From: Bugula neritina
Taxonomy: Eukaryota > Animalia > Bryozoa
Assembly (NCBI GenBank): GCA_964035545.1
Contig: OZ037765.1
Span: 6,768,698-6,832,697 of the forward strand
Length of the DNA: 64,000 nt
Direction of reading: 5' to 3'
A program made the position numbers and the translations under genes. This document shows positions 1-13,700 of the stretch, one piece after another. Under the pieces are notes generated by a model, which saw only the letters and a program-made list of their open reading frames with translations, had not been told where the DNA came from and did not search any database. Positions within the stretch are counted from its first letter, which is position 1, and every line of letters starts with the position of its first letter.

Positions 1-3000
1 TCTGCTTGGTTCAACATCTGGGCAACAGCATCAAATGTGTCTAGAAAATATCACGTTCAGTTATAACTCTTGTCAAATCTGACTAGAAAAAGAAAAGTTA
101 AATGACAATGTCGTGCTTCAACATGAAGGAAGAGCTTAGGATCGGTGCAGAGAGCGTATCCGACTGGTACACAACAGACTAGAGGTTAGAGTGGGGTCAG
201 ACCTGCAACCAGTCATCTCCTGATCAATAGGTTTTAGTTGTTGATTAAAGTGGCACAAGCGGACTAAGTAAGGTGGAGGGTGTATAACACAGTCTGAGCC
301 AATGCTTTGCGAGTCGAGTGTTAAATTATTACAAGATTGAGATGGACTGCAAGAAAGGCAGCTGCCAGAGTAGCGGGAGCAGCCTCAGCTACCTTAGTAC
401 GAGATCCCATCTAATACATAGCAAATGGGTGTTTAGGCAAAGCTGGACATGAGCGGAAAGCCTCGATACGGCAGCCATGATCAGGGCACTTTTACTGAAA
501 ATGAGAAAAATAGATTAATACTTCTGCATGAGAATTCTGGACCATAAACATGGCGGTGGCTTGGCTGTGAGAAGACTTTCCGCCCTTATCTGCAATATAT
601 ACTCTTTAGAGCACCAAGCAAGCTGTATTTAAACTGTTAGGTAAAATATAGTGCAGAACAACAAAAAATCGTACTGTTTACGGCATGAGCACTAAGTCAG
701 CAATTAAAGGGCAGCTTGGTGGGACAGATCACAAGAGCCTTTTAATATAAGAAACATTAGCATTAAACAGATTGACGGACAGAAATTAGACAACAGCCAA
801 TTCAAAATTATACCAGACTAAAATGAGTTGGATAATGGTAAAAGCAAGGTAAAACTTCAAGACATGTGAAAACATTGAGCTAATCTATAAAAATTATTAT
901 TGAAAAATTTGTGGGAGATTTAAAGGAAGACCACTTGCTGAGAGTGTCAGATTATATAATACATAAATACTGAACTTGCAATGGTTATCACCGAGTACAT
1001 GAGAGTACAACAGGAAAATGGCCGAAGCCCAGTCACTCACAAATACCACGTTAAGGTTCTACTAGCAGCAGGCCAATGTGGTTAATGCGCTGAGTAATGC
1101 AGTGGCCATTGAACACATACTAAGTGAGCCGCTGCAATATATTAACATAGATTAACATCAACTAAATAGATTATAACAAACTGTAAAGAAGTAGTAATAG
1201 TGGTGATAGTAAGCATGCACTGCCAACTCACTTGAAAACGGAGCCAGAAACCTTGCTCCAGCTAAATAGGGAGAGAATAAACAAAACAAAACCAAGAAGC
1301 AATAACTGTTTAATATAGAAACAATTGTGACAGTGTAGTTTATATTAAATTACATTAATTCTATTTCATATATGATTTAAGAGATTATACACAGCTGGTA
1401 CAGAGATGACTGTATCATTCATCAGTATGTAACTAGATGGAAGAATACACCTACACTTTTATAGGAGGGCAAAATATAGCACATAACGAAGCTTGTGGGT
1501 TTATTTTAACTGTTTGACATAAGTGAACATATATAATAGCTAAACCAAGGTCAGTATTGTATAATAATGAATCTAATGATCTAATGAATTTTTTTGAAGA
1601 AAATTTACACAACTTTCATTTGAAATGAAAAGAACACAAATCATTTAATATAACCTTGCCGAACAATAAATATAAATTCTGAGTTTCACTGGGAACTTGC
1701 TATGGGTGATGCCTTTATGCTATTTTAACACGGCAGATGGATGCTTTGGTATAACTCCTATCTATTTACACAGATTACAAACATAAACCAACTCAATTTT
1801 AATCAATTACCGAGTCTAGAAAATAGATACTGTACTGCAAAGCAAGGCTGCCCAGTTACATTTATGTAGTATTGAAACTTGAAGAAATTCCTGGCTGAAA
1901 CTCAAATACAACTTTGGAGCTGTTTATGCAAATACATTGGTTTTATAGTATTTTTTACAAGAATATTTTCAATTCATAAGTTTGGACAACCTGGTTTCGA
2001 GGTTGCAGCCAGGTGGATAAGATTAGTTAGTAAAACTATGGTCAATAAAATCAATATATCCAGCTAGAACTTCTTGCATGTCTAGATTTGCTACTTTATT
2101 TTGTTGTTGCTCGTGTCACTTTCAAATGTTGTATGAAAATTGGGGTATATTATTAAAAGAACTATTGTAGCAGTAGCAAAATCGACTTGTCAACTAACTG
2201 TAATTTGCTTAATATTTTGGCCAATATTATCTCATGTGGCTATTAGATAATAAAATCATAATTGTATTATTAATATTCAAGCTGAGAGAGATTAGTTTGA
2301 CCTTGGAATAAACGTAAATTAGAATTGAAATCATATGCTTTTATGGTTTCTATTTGCATTATGATTGGCTATTAAAGTGACTAGTGATATCGCCATAAAT
2401 TATGGGTTGTTGCATTTCTCATTGGTTATTTTAATTTTTCTATGACCAATATTTCAATATTTAACTCCTCACAATTATAGCTTTAACTGGTTTTCCCAAC
2501 ATATGTATAACCTGTGTTTTTAAACCATCTTGATAATTGACTTGTGTATGGCAGCCGAGAATAAAAAGTTAGCGATTGCCAGCACTTATGTTATCAGCAG
2601 TGACACGAAAGTGAGAATTATTTGAAGAAATGTGTACACACAATTATTTATTACAAAACCAAATTACATGGGCACACAACCCTGAAAAGTATTTAGCTGA
2701 TGATAAACATATTTCTGAATATCTTAATACTACATAAATGTGACCAGACTGCCCTGCTCTAAGTACACATTTTTTCTATGCACAATTCTACAGTAGTGCC
2801 AATAGCCACACTGTATACAGCTAAATTAAAGTTGGCAGTTCGTAGACACAAATACCAGTTATAAGTTGAATGAAACATGCAAGAAGGATAAGGAGAGAAA
2901 GGCAGCAGCGAGTATACGGTGCTGACACTTACTAGCTAGTGGTCTCATGAACACGTCGTATCTGTCCTCGTCCTCACCAAGGTCCACCAGCAGCAGCCTA

Positions 3001-6000
3001 CCCAGTGCCAGGTAGAAAGTAGTGCGGCATCGCGTGTCTTTGAATGTGCTCATTCCATTCACACCCAGAAATGGGAAATTCTCACTCTAAAGGCATGAGT
3101 CAAGTGCTTTTACAGCCAAAAAATAAATGACGATCACTTCTTATTTAAAGCATTTAAAAAACATGAGTAGACAACTGCAATATTATAACTGAAAAAACTT
3201 ACACAGTAGACTGCAATACCAACTTTAGCTACACACAAATGTGCACGCATACAGAAATTTACTTTACTAGCATGACTCGGGTTTTAATACTTTTTTAATA
3301 AGTGTAGACATAATTAGTTCAATTTAAAGACAATCAATATGAAGTTGCACAGTAGCACAAATAGTCAGAACTACTCTGTCAATAAATATTTCGTATCTTG
3401 GTCACTCAAAATCATTTTTAAAAACAGGTCATGACTCGGGTTTTAATAAACTTAATGTTAGACCCAATTGGTTCAATTTAAAACAGTCAATAAAGAACAG
3501 TAGTATAAATAGTTAGAACCACTGTGTCGATTAGCTTTTCAACTCGACTTATTTGTAAGTTGCCAATTAAAAATTATTTTTTAAAACTTGTCACAGAATT
3601 ATTTGTAGCGCACTTACTGTGTGGTTAGTCAAGACAAACTGAACAGCATCAAGTTTTATAAGCTTGCGTACACTACTGTAGCCCACACTAAGGTCATTCA
3701 ACAGCTGCAGGGTTTTAGATATGATGGCTTCACTTTCCCCCCAATACTTTAGATTAGTAATTCTGGCATACAAAAAATAACACAACTGAAGGATTTCCTC
3801 TGCATTCAACAATATAAAGAACAGGTGATCTTACGGAGCGGTAAATTCACCTCTTAGCTATAAATGTATCACTATTTCTGACACAATTAATATATAGATT
3901 AATTAGTAGTTGAAAAAACATTTAGTGAAACATAAATGTGACTAAATGTTTTCAACTCCTGGTACCCGAAAGGATTAGAACGGTTACGATGAGAAACAAT
4001 GAGAACTAATGTCACTATTCATTATTTTTAAAAATTTCAGTACCATTTTCCACTATGACCGAATAATGAATATGTTGTAACATCAACTTCAACAGAGTTA
4101 AACAATAAAATTGTAACTTTTACACTGACTTACATTTTTCTAATGAAAATGCTGAGCACCATAGATTCATCGGAAAGACCTAGCGTTTCGTGTAATCTCT
4201 TGTATACCTTCAACAACAAAACCAGCAGCTTGAATTGAGTACAACATTAACACCAGTCAGATGCTCAAAGTTTAGAATACAGATACCATAAATATAAATG
4301 AGTAAGTCTTTTCACCTTAGAGGTCCTCTGTACTTGTTCTCCAATATATATTTTTCTAAAATGCTCAATAAAACTTAACAAAGCTAAGTCAAGCTTCTCG
4401 CATCTTCTTTGAGCGAGCCTTGAATCTACTACGTCCATCAGTTGCAAAACACTACAAAAAAAAATAACAACATCATCAACAAAAATATCTAATACGATTA
4501 ATAAATATGTAGGAAGCAGCCACATTACAACATTTTGATGACTCAGATTTTGCTTACCGGCACACCAATTCACCGTCCATTGTATCATGCTCATCTGTAC
4601 TGGAGAAAGACACTCTCCCACCCACCTCAGCACCGATAATGTACACCAACCAGGAGAGGATATCTAGAAAAAGCAACAGGAAGAATGAGTAAACCTGGAG
4701 ACGTACAAGAAGAGCAGAAGAGACACAGAGGTGTGGCGGCTACTCACTTTCCTGTATAGTCAGCTGGGCGCTGCTGTTGCCTGCATTTGTAAGTTCCTGG
4801 AATTTCTGAGCTGCCTCTTCAAATAGTCTAACCAGGTGAGTGCACGTCTTTTCATACTGGCACCGCCCAATCTGAGATATCTACAGCCAACAAGTGAGTG
4901 CGTTATGTATAGCCAGCAGACATTACCAACAACTGCATGGTGATTATATATCAGAAAAGGAGGCGAGGGCAAATGACAAGTGCTTTATGTTGTAGGGAAA
5001 GGTCCTAAAAATTTCTAAACCTCTTAGACTTATATTAGCTTTACGAAGAATTTAGGAATTTATACTAAGAACCATGCGAAAAACAGCAGCACAAAAAGTA
5101 GCATAGCAAAATATGGTTCACTTTCTAGGAATAGTGCCTGGGTTCATCTTCCAAAGAATCTCCAGTAAAAATAATTTAGTCACAGATGAAAACATTGACA
5201 TCGGAGACTGAGGGTACAAAAGTTACATGTGATGGTAATAGTCGGACAAGAAACCTGTTCAAGCTGTTGACTGAGAACTGCGTGATCATCAAGGGGGTCG
5301 TCTAGGTTGTCCTGTACAACTTGAGCTACGGAGTTCAGCCTCGAGGTTATGTAGGCTTGAGTCACCTACAAACCATTCGATAAGGAAAGTGACAATGCAA
5401 ATAACTTCCTCATTAGCTGGAAGTGTCAGGAGTGACTAAACACAATGACAGGCAAAAACAAGTGCACAAGCGTGATATGAACTCATTTATACACATATTA
5501 GGCAAACTTCCTTTTCAAACTACTATATGCTATAATATGCTGCATAAGCAGTATATAGGAGAATATTAACTCATTCACATTAAAAAACCCTCTCAGTCAA
5601 GTAATGATAAATAAAGATATCAGGGCCGTGCACCTTTGTTTACAGTGAATAGCGAAATTCAGAGTTGAAATGCCTTCATTATTGTCTACACTATTCTCGG
5701 AAGCTTGAATTTAATTCTAACGCACATAACACATAGATACTTTTAGATGAATACCACCAATAACACAAGCAGCTAGAGTAAATATATATACATGTTACCT
5801 CAGGAGTGTAAGTCTCCAGCATGTGAGGCTCACTAGCTTTGACATAAGGTATTGACATCACCATCCGCTGCCATAGCGACAGCAAGTAGTAGATACTGTT
5901 GGGTGCAAACTGCCACATCTACAATGTAAACATATGCTCTGGTCATAAATATGGGTATGGTAAGGGTTAGGATACTTAGTGAAGGGGGAGGGGGCACCAG

Positions 6001-9000
6001 ACAACTAGCTGACATAAGATGAAGAGTTTATACTGCTCAACATGGAGAGTCATTGCTGGGAGATGAGGCGGCATAGCTTAATGCTTATCATACAAGAAGA
6101 GGGAAATAACTACGAGTTACAGGCAATTCACTAAAACTTAGCTGTGTATGTACAACTGACTAACAAAGGGAGCAATGTTCTTGTGAAAACAGACACAGGG
6201 CCCTGTACTATAAACTAGTATAGTATGAGCATAGTGTAGTATAAGTCTAGTATAGTATAGTATAAGCCTAGTATAGTATAGTATAACATAGTATAGTATA
6301 GTATAGTCTAGTCTAGTCTAGTATAGTCTAGTCTAGTATAGTATAGTATAGTATAGCATAACTATAGTGTATACAATTTATCACAGCGGGCACTACATAG
6401 ACAGGCTCAGTGGAGTTGTGACAGCATATTGCTATAAGTGAGTAGCAATAGAATATCATAGGAGCTCATGAATACAAGATTACAGGAGTATAGATAAGAC
6501 AAACACGATATGAAATAGTTGGGTGAATTAGCGTCATTCAGGAGAGCCAAGACCAAGCTAGCAATGTTGTGGCACAGCTAGATGAGCTAAAACCCAGCAG
6601 AGTTGACCGCAGAGAGTAACTAGAGTTAGCTAGAGAGGGATTCAGCACAATATAACTGTACCTGCAAGCTAGTGACAGTAAACTCGGCCACCAGCTTGAT
6701 GACCACCGCGTATGACTCACACCTCACCAGCTCTCCCAGCTGAAAGTTGGACTTGAGACGGGCCAGCAGTCTACAGAACTCGTGGTAGCATGTGGGTTCA
6801 GCCAGCCCCTGCAGTATACAGTACAGAGTCCTATGCTAGCTAGAACTTGATATGTTAACTAGATGGTCACATGTCAGCCAGATGGTCACATGTCAGCCAG
6901 ATGGTCACATGTCAGCCAGATGGTCACATGTCAGCCAGATGGTCGCATGCCACATGTGACTTACAACAATCCTTACAAAGATGGGTTTTAAAAAAACATG
7001 CAAAATGTACTGCATTCAACAAACAGACTGCCAGTTTATTGCAATAATAATAGCGATCATAGTATTTTTGGAAATGCACAAGTGTGGACAAGCCTATAAA
7101 TTCAAAAATTTCCAACAGTGGGAAAAAACTGTATTTCAAACTAATGCTATCATTAATTTCACCAGTTAAACCAGGTACCCGAGTTATCGCAAAAGCAAAC
7201 TATTTTTTTTTCGGCCAATGATATGCAAGTGTAAGCTGCCATTCCTAAACAAAGTGTAAATAATTCAGTGCACTTCATTTGTTACTAAAGCTTAATACAC
7301 AACATTACGGCAATCAGGGACTTCTATTTAAAAATGCAGGTTTTGCCCTACGCATTCTGATTGTAAGAGATTTCACTTGATAGCCTAACTGTTTCTGTGC
7401 TAAAACTGTATGGTCATTGGAATGTTACCAGCATAGTTGGACAAAAAATACCAACATAACTCCCGGATATCATGGTTTCCAAATAAAAATGTGACTACAC
7501 TTCCCCTGAATGAACACATTTAATCACAGCTTGCCTTAACATGTAGAATATGCCAGGGTAGAGCAGTTGGATTTCCCCAACTATTGCTCAACTAGGGATG
7601 ATGTAAAACAAAACATTAAATAAAGACAGGGCCTACCTGTGGGCTCTCCAGTATTAACTTTACTCCTGTAACCAGTTTATTCAAGAACTCATTTTTCTCA
7701 CTGTTTATATAGAACGACCTTCTAATAGAAGCCATTTGTACGAGACAAGATAAGACCTGTAATTAATATACAACAAATGGACGAATATATGGAAAAGTGC
7801 CATATCAATTTAGATGTTTGTAACTACACACTAAACTTGTAATTCTAAGACAGCAATGTATTGTAGAACTACTTCATTAAATGAAATTAAAAACATAGAT
7901 TAAGCCAAGCTGTTTCAAATAACGTGTAGATAAATGACTTCCCAAAAAAGACATTATAATGTATTTGAATAATTAAACATTCAACATAAAATTGAACTGG
8001 CTGTGCAGCAATATAAAAATATAAAAACTCATAATTCAAACCATTGACACAAATTATATAAAATGTAATTACAACGCTACATAGTAAAACATTGGTAGCA
8101 GCCGTGGTGTAGGGGGTTAGAGCGTTTGCCTAGTAAACACGAAGTCATGGGTTCGAACCCCAGTAAAGGCCATTGGTGATGTTAGGAAAAGCATCCAGTC
8201 ATAATTGCTCCTGTGCCCCATCTGACTAAGTCCTTAGCCCGATTTACCAAAAAAACCCTTTCCATCAAGGGTTTCTCACAGGGATGGCGACTATAAAATT
8301 GCGCGAGTTTTTTTATAGTAAAAAATTGGTAAAAAAGCTCTCTCTGTACAGTGAAACTTCTTTAGCCACTAGTAAAGTTGAATGGGTTTATTCACTTTAT
8401 CAACTATTGGAGCCAATGCCCAGGAGCTATATAGAATGAGCTATAATGCTGCAGTAGACGCATAAGCTAAGGTTAGCTTGATACTGGTAGTGAAACATTC
8501 ATGTGCTGGTCTTACAAAACCTTGTACTTTAATTTAGGCTTACAAAACACCTGCTGCAATATAAAATACTACAAGTTATGTCATTTCCAGATGAAGTGGA
8601 GAGTATGAACATATATTAGCAGAGAGTTACTATTAATACTGAAGTTAAGAACTAGAAAACTAGAAAACTTTCAGACATCAATTAGTAGAACAATAACCCA
8701 GTAAGAGGCTAAGTCTGGACTCATGTGCGAAACCAGAGTGACAAGAGACTCCTTAAAGTACAAAAAGAAACTAAAAGCCTATGGAATGGATATGGAAACA
8801 ACATAAATAGATTAAGCTAAATACAAACTGGTAAAGATAGAGTTCTGGTTAAACGCAGTTAAAACTAGTAACTAGATTATTGCTGTGCATAAAGACACAC
8901 ATTGAAAGTAAAAATTGTCAGAAACTGAACCCCCCCCCTCCCAACAAACCTGACTGCTTTGGGATTTGAAGCAACTATTTTGACAAATCTAGTTTAGTCA

Positions 9001-12000
9001 TTTTCGGAATCGAGAATTAATGACAAAAAGATGAACATACACATGAGGTAACAGAATGGGATTATAGGCTTACCAGTGCACCGAGATTAGATGGCAGACA
9101 CTTGTACAGATCAAACAGCAACTGCATTAGGCTGAAGTCAAGCAGGGCTAGAAGTAAACAGTTAAATTGAAATTTTATGCAGAAAAGTTTTGTTTAGCAA
9201 TGTCATATGACAAACAATAAACAGAAAGAATAGACACCATGTAACCCACACCCAAATACGTGTAGCTGAGAGCAATAGAACGACAAGCTAATAAAGGCCA
9301 AACACCCACTTCTATTACTCAACCAATATGCAAAATATCCCTACGTCATTTTACTTAATACAGACTGGTGGAGGTGAACAATGCGCCAATAGCATTGCAT
9401 AGGTAGTTAAGGCTTTGGTGGTGGTGATGAATGAAAGAGCACTTAAGCTTGCCAGTAGGTAATAGCAGCATGGAAATTTCAGACCAGAAAATAATTGTGC
9501 TCATGTTAGACCCCTAAATGACTGCAGATAGTATGGACACATGACACATTTTTCAAACACACATGCATAGCCAATACTTTGGTGCTGTGGCTGAAAATGT
9601 TGAAGTTGCAAGAATGGCTAATCAATATGAATTGAATTGTGACATTTGCATCAACAGTTAGATGCATCTTCTTTTGCAACTGGTACAAAGTTAAAATATG
9701 GGGGAAGGGTTCTTTGGCCCCCACTATATGCTGTCAGAGTAAAACTGACTCAACATGGAAAGTGGAAAAGGTTTATCTTCAAAGTCAAGCCAAGATCTAT
9801 TTACGGTGGAATTTAACACCATTTCCTAATAAACCCACTGGTACTAAAACTACAACCAGTATAGTCCAGTATTTTAGTGGAGCAACTGATTAGCATGGTG
9901 ACAGTAACCAGTTAAACCTATACAACAGTTTTTTAGAAGAATGTTTCTGCTCCATTATCACTGCTAGATAGTTGACGAATCAAGTTGAACCAACGAAATG
10001 ACTTTTCTGCGGAATAGTTGAGCGAATGAAATGACTACAAGTTACCTTTTCTCCAGCTAGTTGGCATGTGCACAGTGCTCAGGTCATCTGACGTCTCGTC
10101 ATTTGATGTGCCAATGAAATCAAAGGAAAGGCAAGTCAAGGCCAACTGTAAACTGCCTCCAACAAATGATCGCTAAAATCATGGCAAAAACTTAATTTTA
10201 GATGCCTGAAAGAATGTTTACAGAAATTTTAATTTTTTCACATTACAACTTTAGATACTAGTAACCTCTGCAGAAAACAAATATGGTAATTCGTTGATCA
10301 GCAAAAAATGGTGAAAAACAAATACTATACAGGCGTCTAACACACTCCATTCCTTTTTTTACATTAACTACATAACCTCTAAGAAACGCTCACCTGAATG
10401 TTGTCATTTAGATCCATGGTTTTGATATTTGCGTAGACCTTTTGTAAAAGTTCGCAAGCAATCTCAAATATTTGGTAGAGCATTGTATCTCTGAAAGCAA
10501 AGGAGATTTTCCTGTGCCACGTTATGGAATGGTGTACTTCAGTCTATTAGAAAACCAGAAGAATAAAACTTATAGAACATACGCTGTAAGAAAAACAAAA
10601 CAACTTGACAAGTTGCATAATCTTTACCTCTAGAATTTCATTACAGATTAATGGAAATGCACTTGTAAAGAATTCTATATATATCCATATTTATGCAAGT
10701 TGCTTTTTTAGAAATTAAATGAACACTTGGCCTAAAGTTTTAATTAATATTTCTAATTTGAATTCATCATCGCGCCATTAGCAGCAGCTGCTGCCTATCA
10801 GCTGCCAGTTGGTAGAAAGATTACATAAGGACTAACCTCCGTCATTTGGTTAACTTCTATCACTAACCGAGTCATCAGCTGCACACCAATGGCCAAGTGC
10901 ATTGAAGAGTTGTTCTACAATCATTGTATAAGATCATTATACTCTCAAGTTAACTAGTGGCAGAAACCCAAGCATATAGCATGTTGAATGAGTACTAATA
11001 TACTTGGTTTAAGCTTATTTATGAAAATTTAGAAATCATTGTCTAACAGCACTAAGTAATACAAGTCATAACCTTTAAATCTCACTACCTTTAAAATAGA
11101 AAATCAAAGCATGCCCAAAAATTTTACACTTCACAGCCAAGCAAGTCAATAGATATTTTTGTAGTGTTTCCTTACATGAAGAAACTTCCCCAGATCATCT
11201 GTAACGGTCCTCATACTGAACACATCTTTCACCGTATCATTCCAGCCAACTTTGGTGACTCTGGCGTACAGCTGAACCAAAGCTTGCTGCACGTAAGCCG
11301 CCACCATTGTTCTAGAGCTCAAGTAATCCAGTACGTAGTTCTTGATTTCCAGTCGCTGCTCACTGCTGAGGGCAGCATTGCCTTTGTTTACCAACTTAGT
11401 GAGAGTTGTGGCAGCCAGAAGTTGGGAATATGGTGACTAGAACAAAATAATATCTTTGATTATAGTGATACTGGCTTTCAAACTTGCCACAAGGACAAAA
11501 AACATAATATATTCAACTAATAATCAAAGTGCACCATAGTTCAACAACAACATAATATAATAAAACAGCTGTTATAAATAAACACATATCATAACAAATA
11601 AATGAACACAAAACATAATTTACAATGCAGAGACCAAATTAAGAGAACACTTACATATATAATTATACACATTTATTTTAGTACTCTCATAGTTTTAGCA
11701 GTGAATACTCAATGACAAACTACTTTTAAATAGAATCCGAACTCAGTGAGACTTGAGTTAGCACATTGAATTTATTGAAAGTTACGCTCCCTGAATCCGG
11801 TCAGTAGTTCCAGTAACTGAAAGCCTTATGAACTATGAACTACGCTAACCATGAGCAATTAACCTCATTAGCTCTACAAGTTCAGAGTAAGCTGAACGCA
11901 GAGTCCGCTCTTGTACTCACCGCTGCTCGTTCCAGCAAAAGCTGACAATTTTGAAGACATCCTGGAGAGTTGATGAAATTTACCAAAGCCTTTTCAGCTT

Positions 12001-13393
12001 CATTTCGAATATTTGTATCTGTTGTTTCATATAGCTGTTTACAGAGACTTTCCAAATGAAGAAGTTCCTGTGGCATAAAATAAAATATTACTAGAAAATA
12101 TCACAATAAACCATAGCTGCCGAAAGCAATATTTAAAAACTTGCAACACTACTTTAAAATAAAATAAAAACTATTACTAATAGTACTACTAGTAGACCTA
12201 GCGTACTTCTGGTTTGAAATTAAAATATTTTGATGTGCATATTATAATGTTATTACTATAGGGTTTTGATAAATATTTCTTAGTTTTGCTGTTCAGCTTT
12301 TACTTTTGAAACTAAATTAGTATCTTTAAAATATTATTTGAACTATGTCAAATAAATTTCATAGGACTTATAAGCATGACTACAATTTAAATTTACATCA
12401 TCTTTGAATTTATTCAACTGAGTAATAGCTACTACAATTTAAACTTTCAGTTAAGCAAAGTAGCAAATGTAGTATGTGAGTATCTGTACACGGCAATTAA
12501 TACATGAACATAAATGTTAGGTTGAAGTAAAAATCTGAATAGCTACTGTTGGTTATATGGTGGGTATAATAAGTGTAAGGTGGGTATAGTAAGTGTAAGA
12601 GTAATACTAATACACACCACCATTACCCATTACTCATTTTCCATTTGCAAGTGAATGAAACTGAATTTCAAGGAGTTTAACATATTGATGGCAATTCTAA
12701 TCACATTGTATTGGTAAATTCACTCCAAATTTTTATTAAACTCGGCGTTTATGTTGAGATAAGAATCATTGAGTCAAATTTACCAATTGACTTATGAATA
12801 ATAAATATAACAATACATTTATTATCCATAATGCCTATAGACAATGGTTATCACTACAAGTACAATGTTAACTATGCCACATAACATTAGGACTAATAGT
12901 AATTCAGTAATTGAAAATCATAATAATTATCAACTGATAATCATAATGTCTTAATGATACACTAAAACTTGAGCTCTCACTCAACACCAAGTCTAGTGGT
13001 TGAACTTGAATTAAAATTAAAAGAAAAAGGCAAACTTATTGCTAAAGTTTAAGAATTAGAATAACTGAATAACTAATAAGACTAAGTAAGAGTAAGTCTA
13101 ACTCTAAGAGTAAGACTAAGAGTAAGAGTTAGAGTAACACCAACACTAACAGTAGCCTAACTCAAACTGTAAGTACTAAGTTAGACTTAGTCAGTGTTAC
13201 CACCCAAAATTTAACACCTTTTGATTATCATTATGATTACCACTATGACACTAACTAAAAATAATAGACCAAATTATGTTCTGTTGACAATTATTTTTTA
13301 AACCAACTAGTGACAAAACTGTTTGAGTCTTATCTAAAAAGATATAATTAATAAATAACAATTAGTATTGCTGCATACCTGATCTTGAGCCAT
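1..13393 (-). CDS. XPO7: Exportin-7 (RanBP16), 5' portion, 18 coding exons visible; gene continues beyond the left edge
   Basis: Exons in transcript order, all GT-AG and phase-consistent: 13379-13393 (MAQDQ), 11921-12067, 11176-11436, 10837-10914, 10394-10543, 10046-10172, 9074-9147, 7637-7756, 6662-6808, 5799-5918, 5255-5365, 4748-4880, 4558-4663, 4316-4451, 4134-4207, 3618-3762, 2933-3086, <1-40. Peptides such as [78 protein letters not shown] and [23 protein letters not shown] closely match vertebrate XPO7 as I recall it. Confidence 0.97.
3271..3530. repeat. Diverged tandem duplication of about 160 bp
   Basis: CATGACTCGGGTTTTAATA...GTTCAATTTAAA...AAATAGT.AGAAC.ACT recurs at about 3271 and 3430. 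Confidence 0.8.
6228..6365. repeat. Pentanucleotide microsatellite (TAGTA/TAGTC)n
   Basis: Directly visible tandem TAGTA/TAGTC units in an XPO7 intron. Confidence 0.95.
6861..6950. repeat. 19-bp minisatellite AGATGGTCACATGTCAGCC, about 4.5 copies
   Basis: Perfect head-to-tail copies just upstream (minus sense) of exon 6662-6808. Confidence 0.95.
8098..8314 (+). mobile_element. tRNA-derived SINE, apparently full length, with target-site duplication
   Basis: A-box-like TGGTGTAGGGGG and B-box GGTTCGAACCC in a tRNA-like head, an unrelated body, and a T-rich tail. 17-bp TSD ATAGTAAAACATTGGTA (8081-8097) / ATAGTAAAAAATTGGTA (8315-8331), one mismatch. Confidence 0.85.
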
Positions 13394-13700
13394 GACTGAA
13401 TATGCACGGATAGAGGTCAGGTGGCGCTTGCGCATTATCTGCTGAAGTTCAAGGGTGATAAGAGGTCAGGCATAGACTGTAATCTTCTAAATAGTGAACT
13501 GTCGCTTGCTAATAAAAAATAACCTAATATACTTGTCAAAGAGCCCGTAAAATTTTGCTATTAAAATGAATATGCACTAAGTATGCTAGCAGCTGGCTAT
13601 GCGAGTTACAAACGAGTAGCGAAAAAATTAATCAAGCAGAAGTTTCATGCAAACTAGTCACTTTAAGTTACTTAGTTTTGATAATAAAAGAAAAACTGAG
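13394..13700. promoter_or_regulatory. Probable XPO7 promoter, possibly bidirectional with the CRMP-like gene
   Basis: Immediately upstream of the XPO7 ATG. Local CpG enrichment, NRF1-like GCGCTTGCGCA near 13424-13434, two AGAGGTCAGG copies (about 13412 and 13461). The next gene is divergent. Confidence 0.45.

Noticed and set aside
8098-8172. Possible tRNA gene
   Set aside because: The acceptor stem pairs imperfectly, and the head continues into a body and tail enclosed by a TSD, so it is a SINE.
10755-10780. C-box-like ATGATGA on the minus strand in an XPO7 intron (snoRNA?)
   Set aside because: No D box (CTGA) at a suitable distance and no terminal stem.
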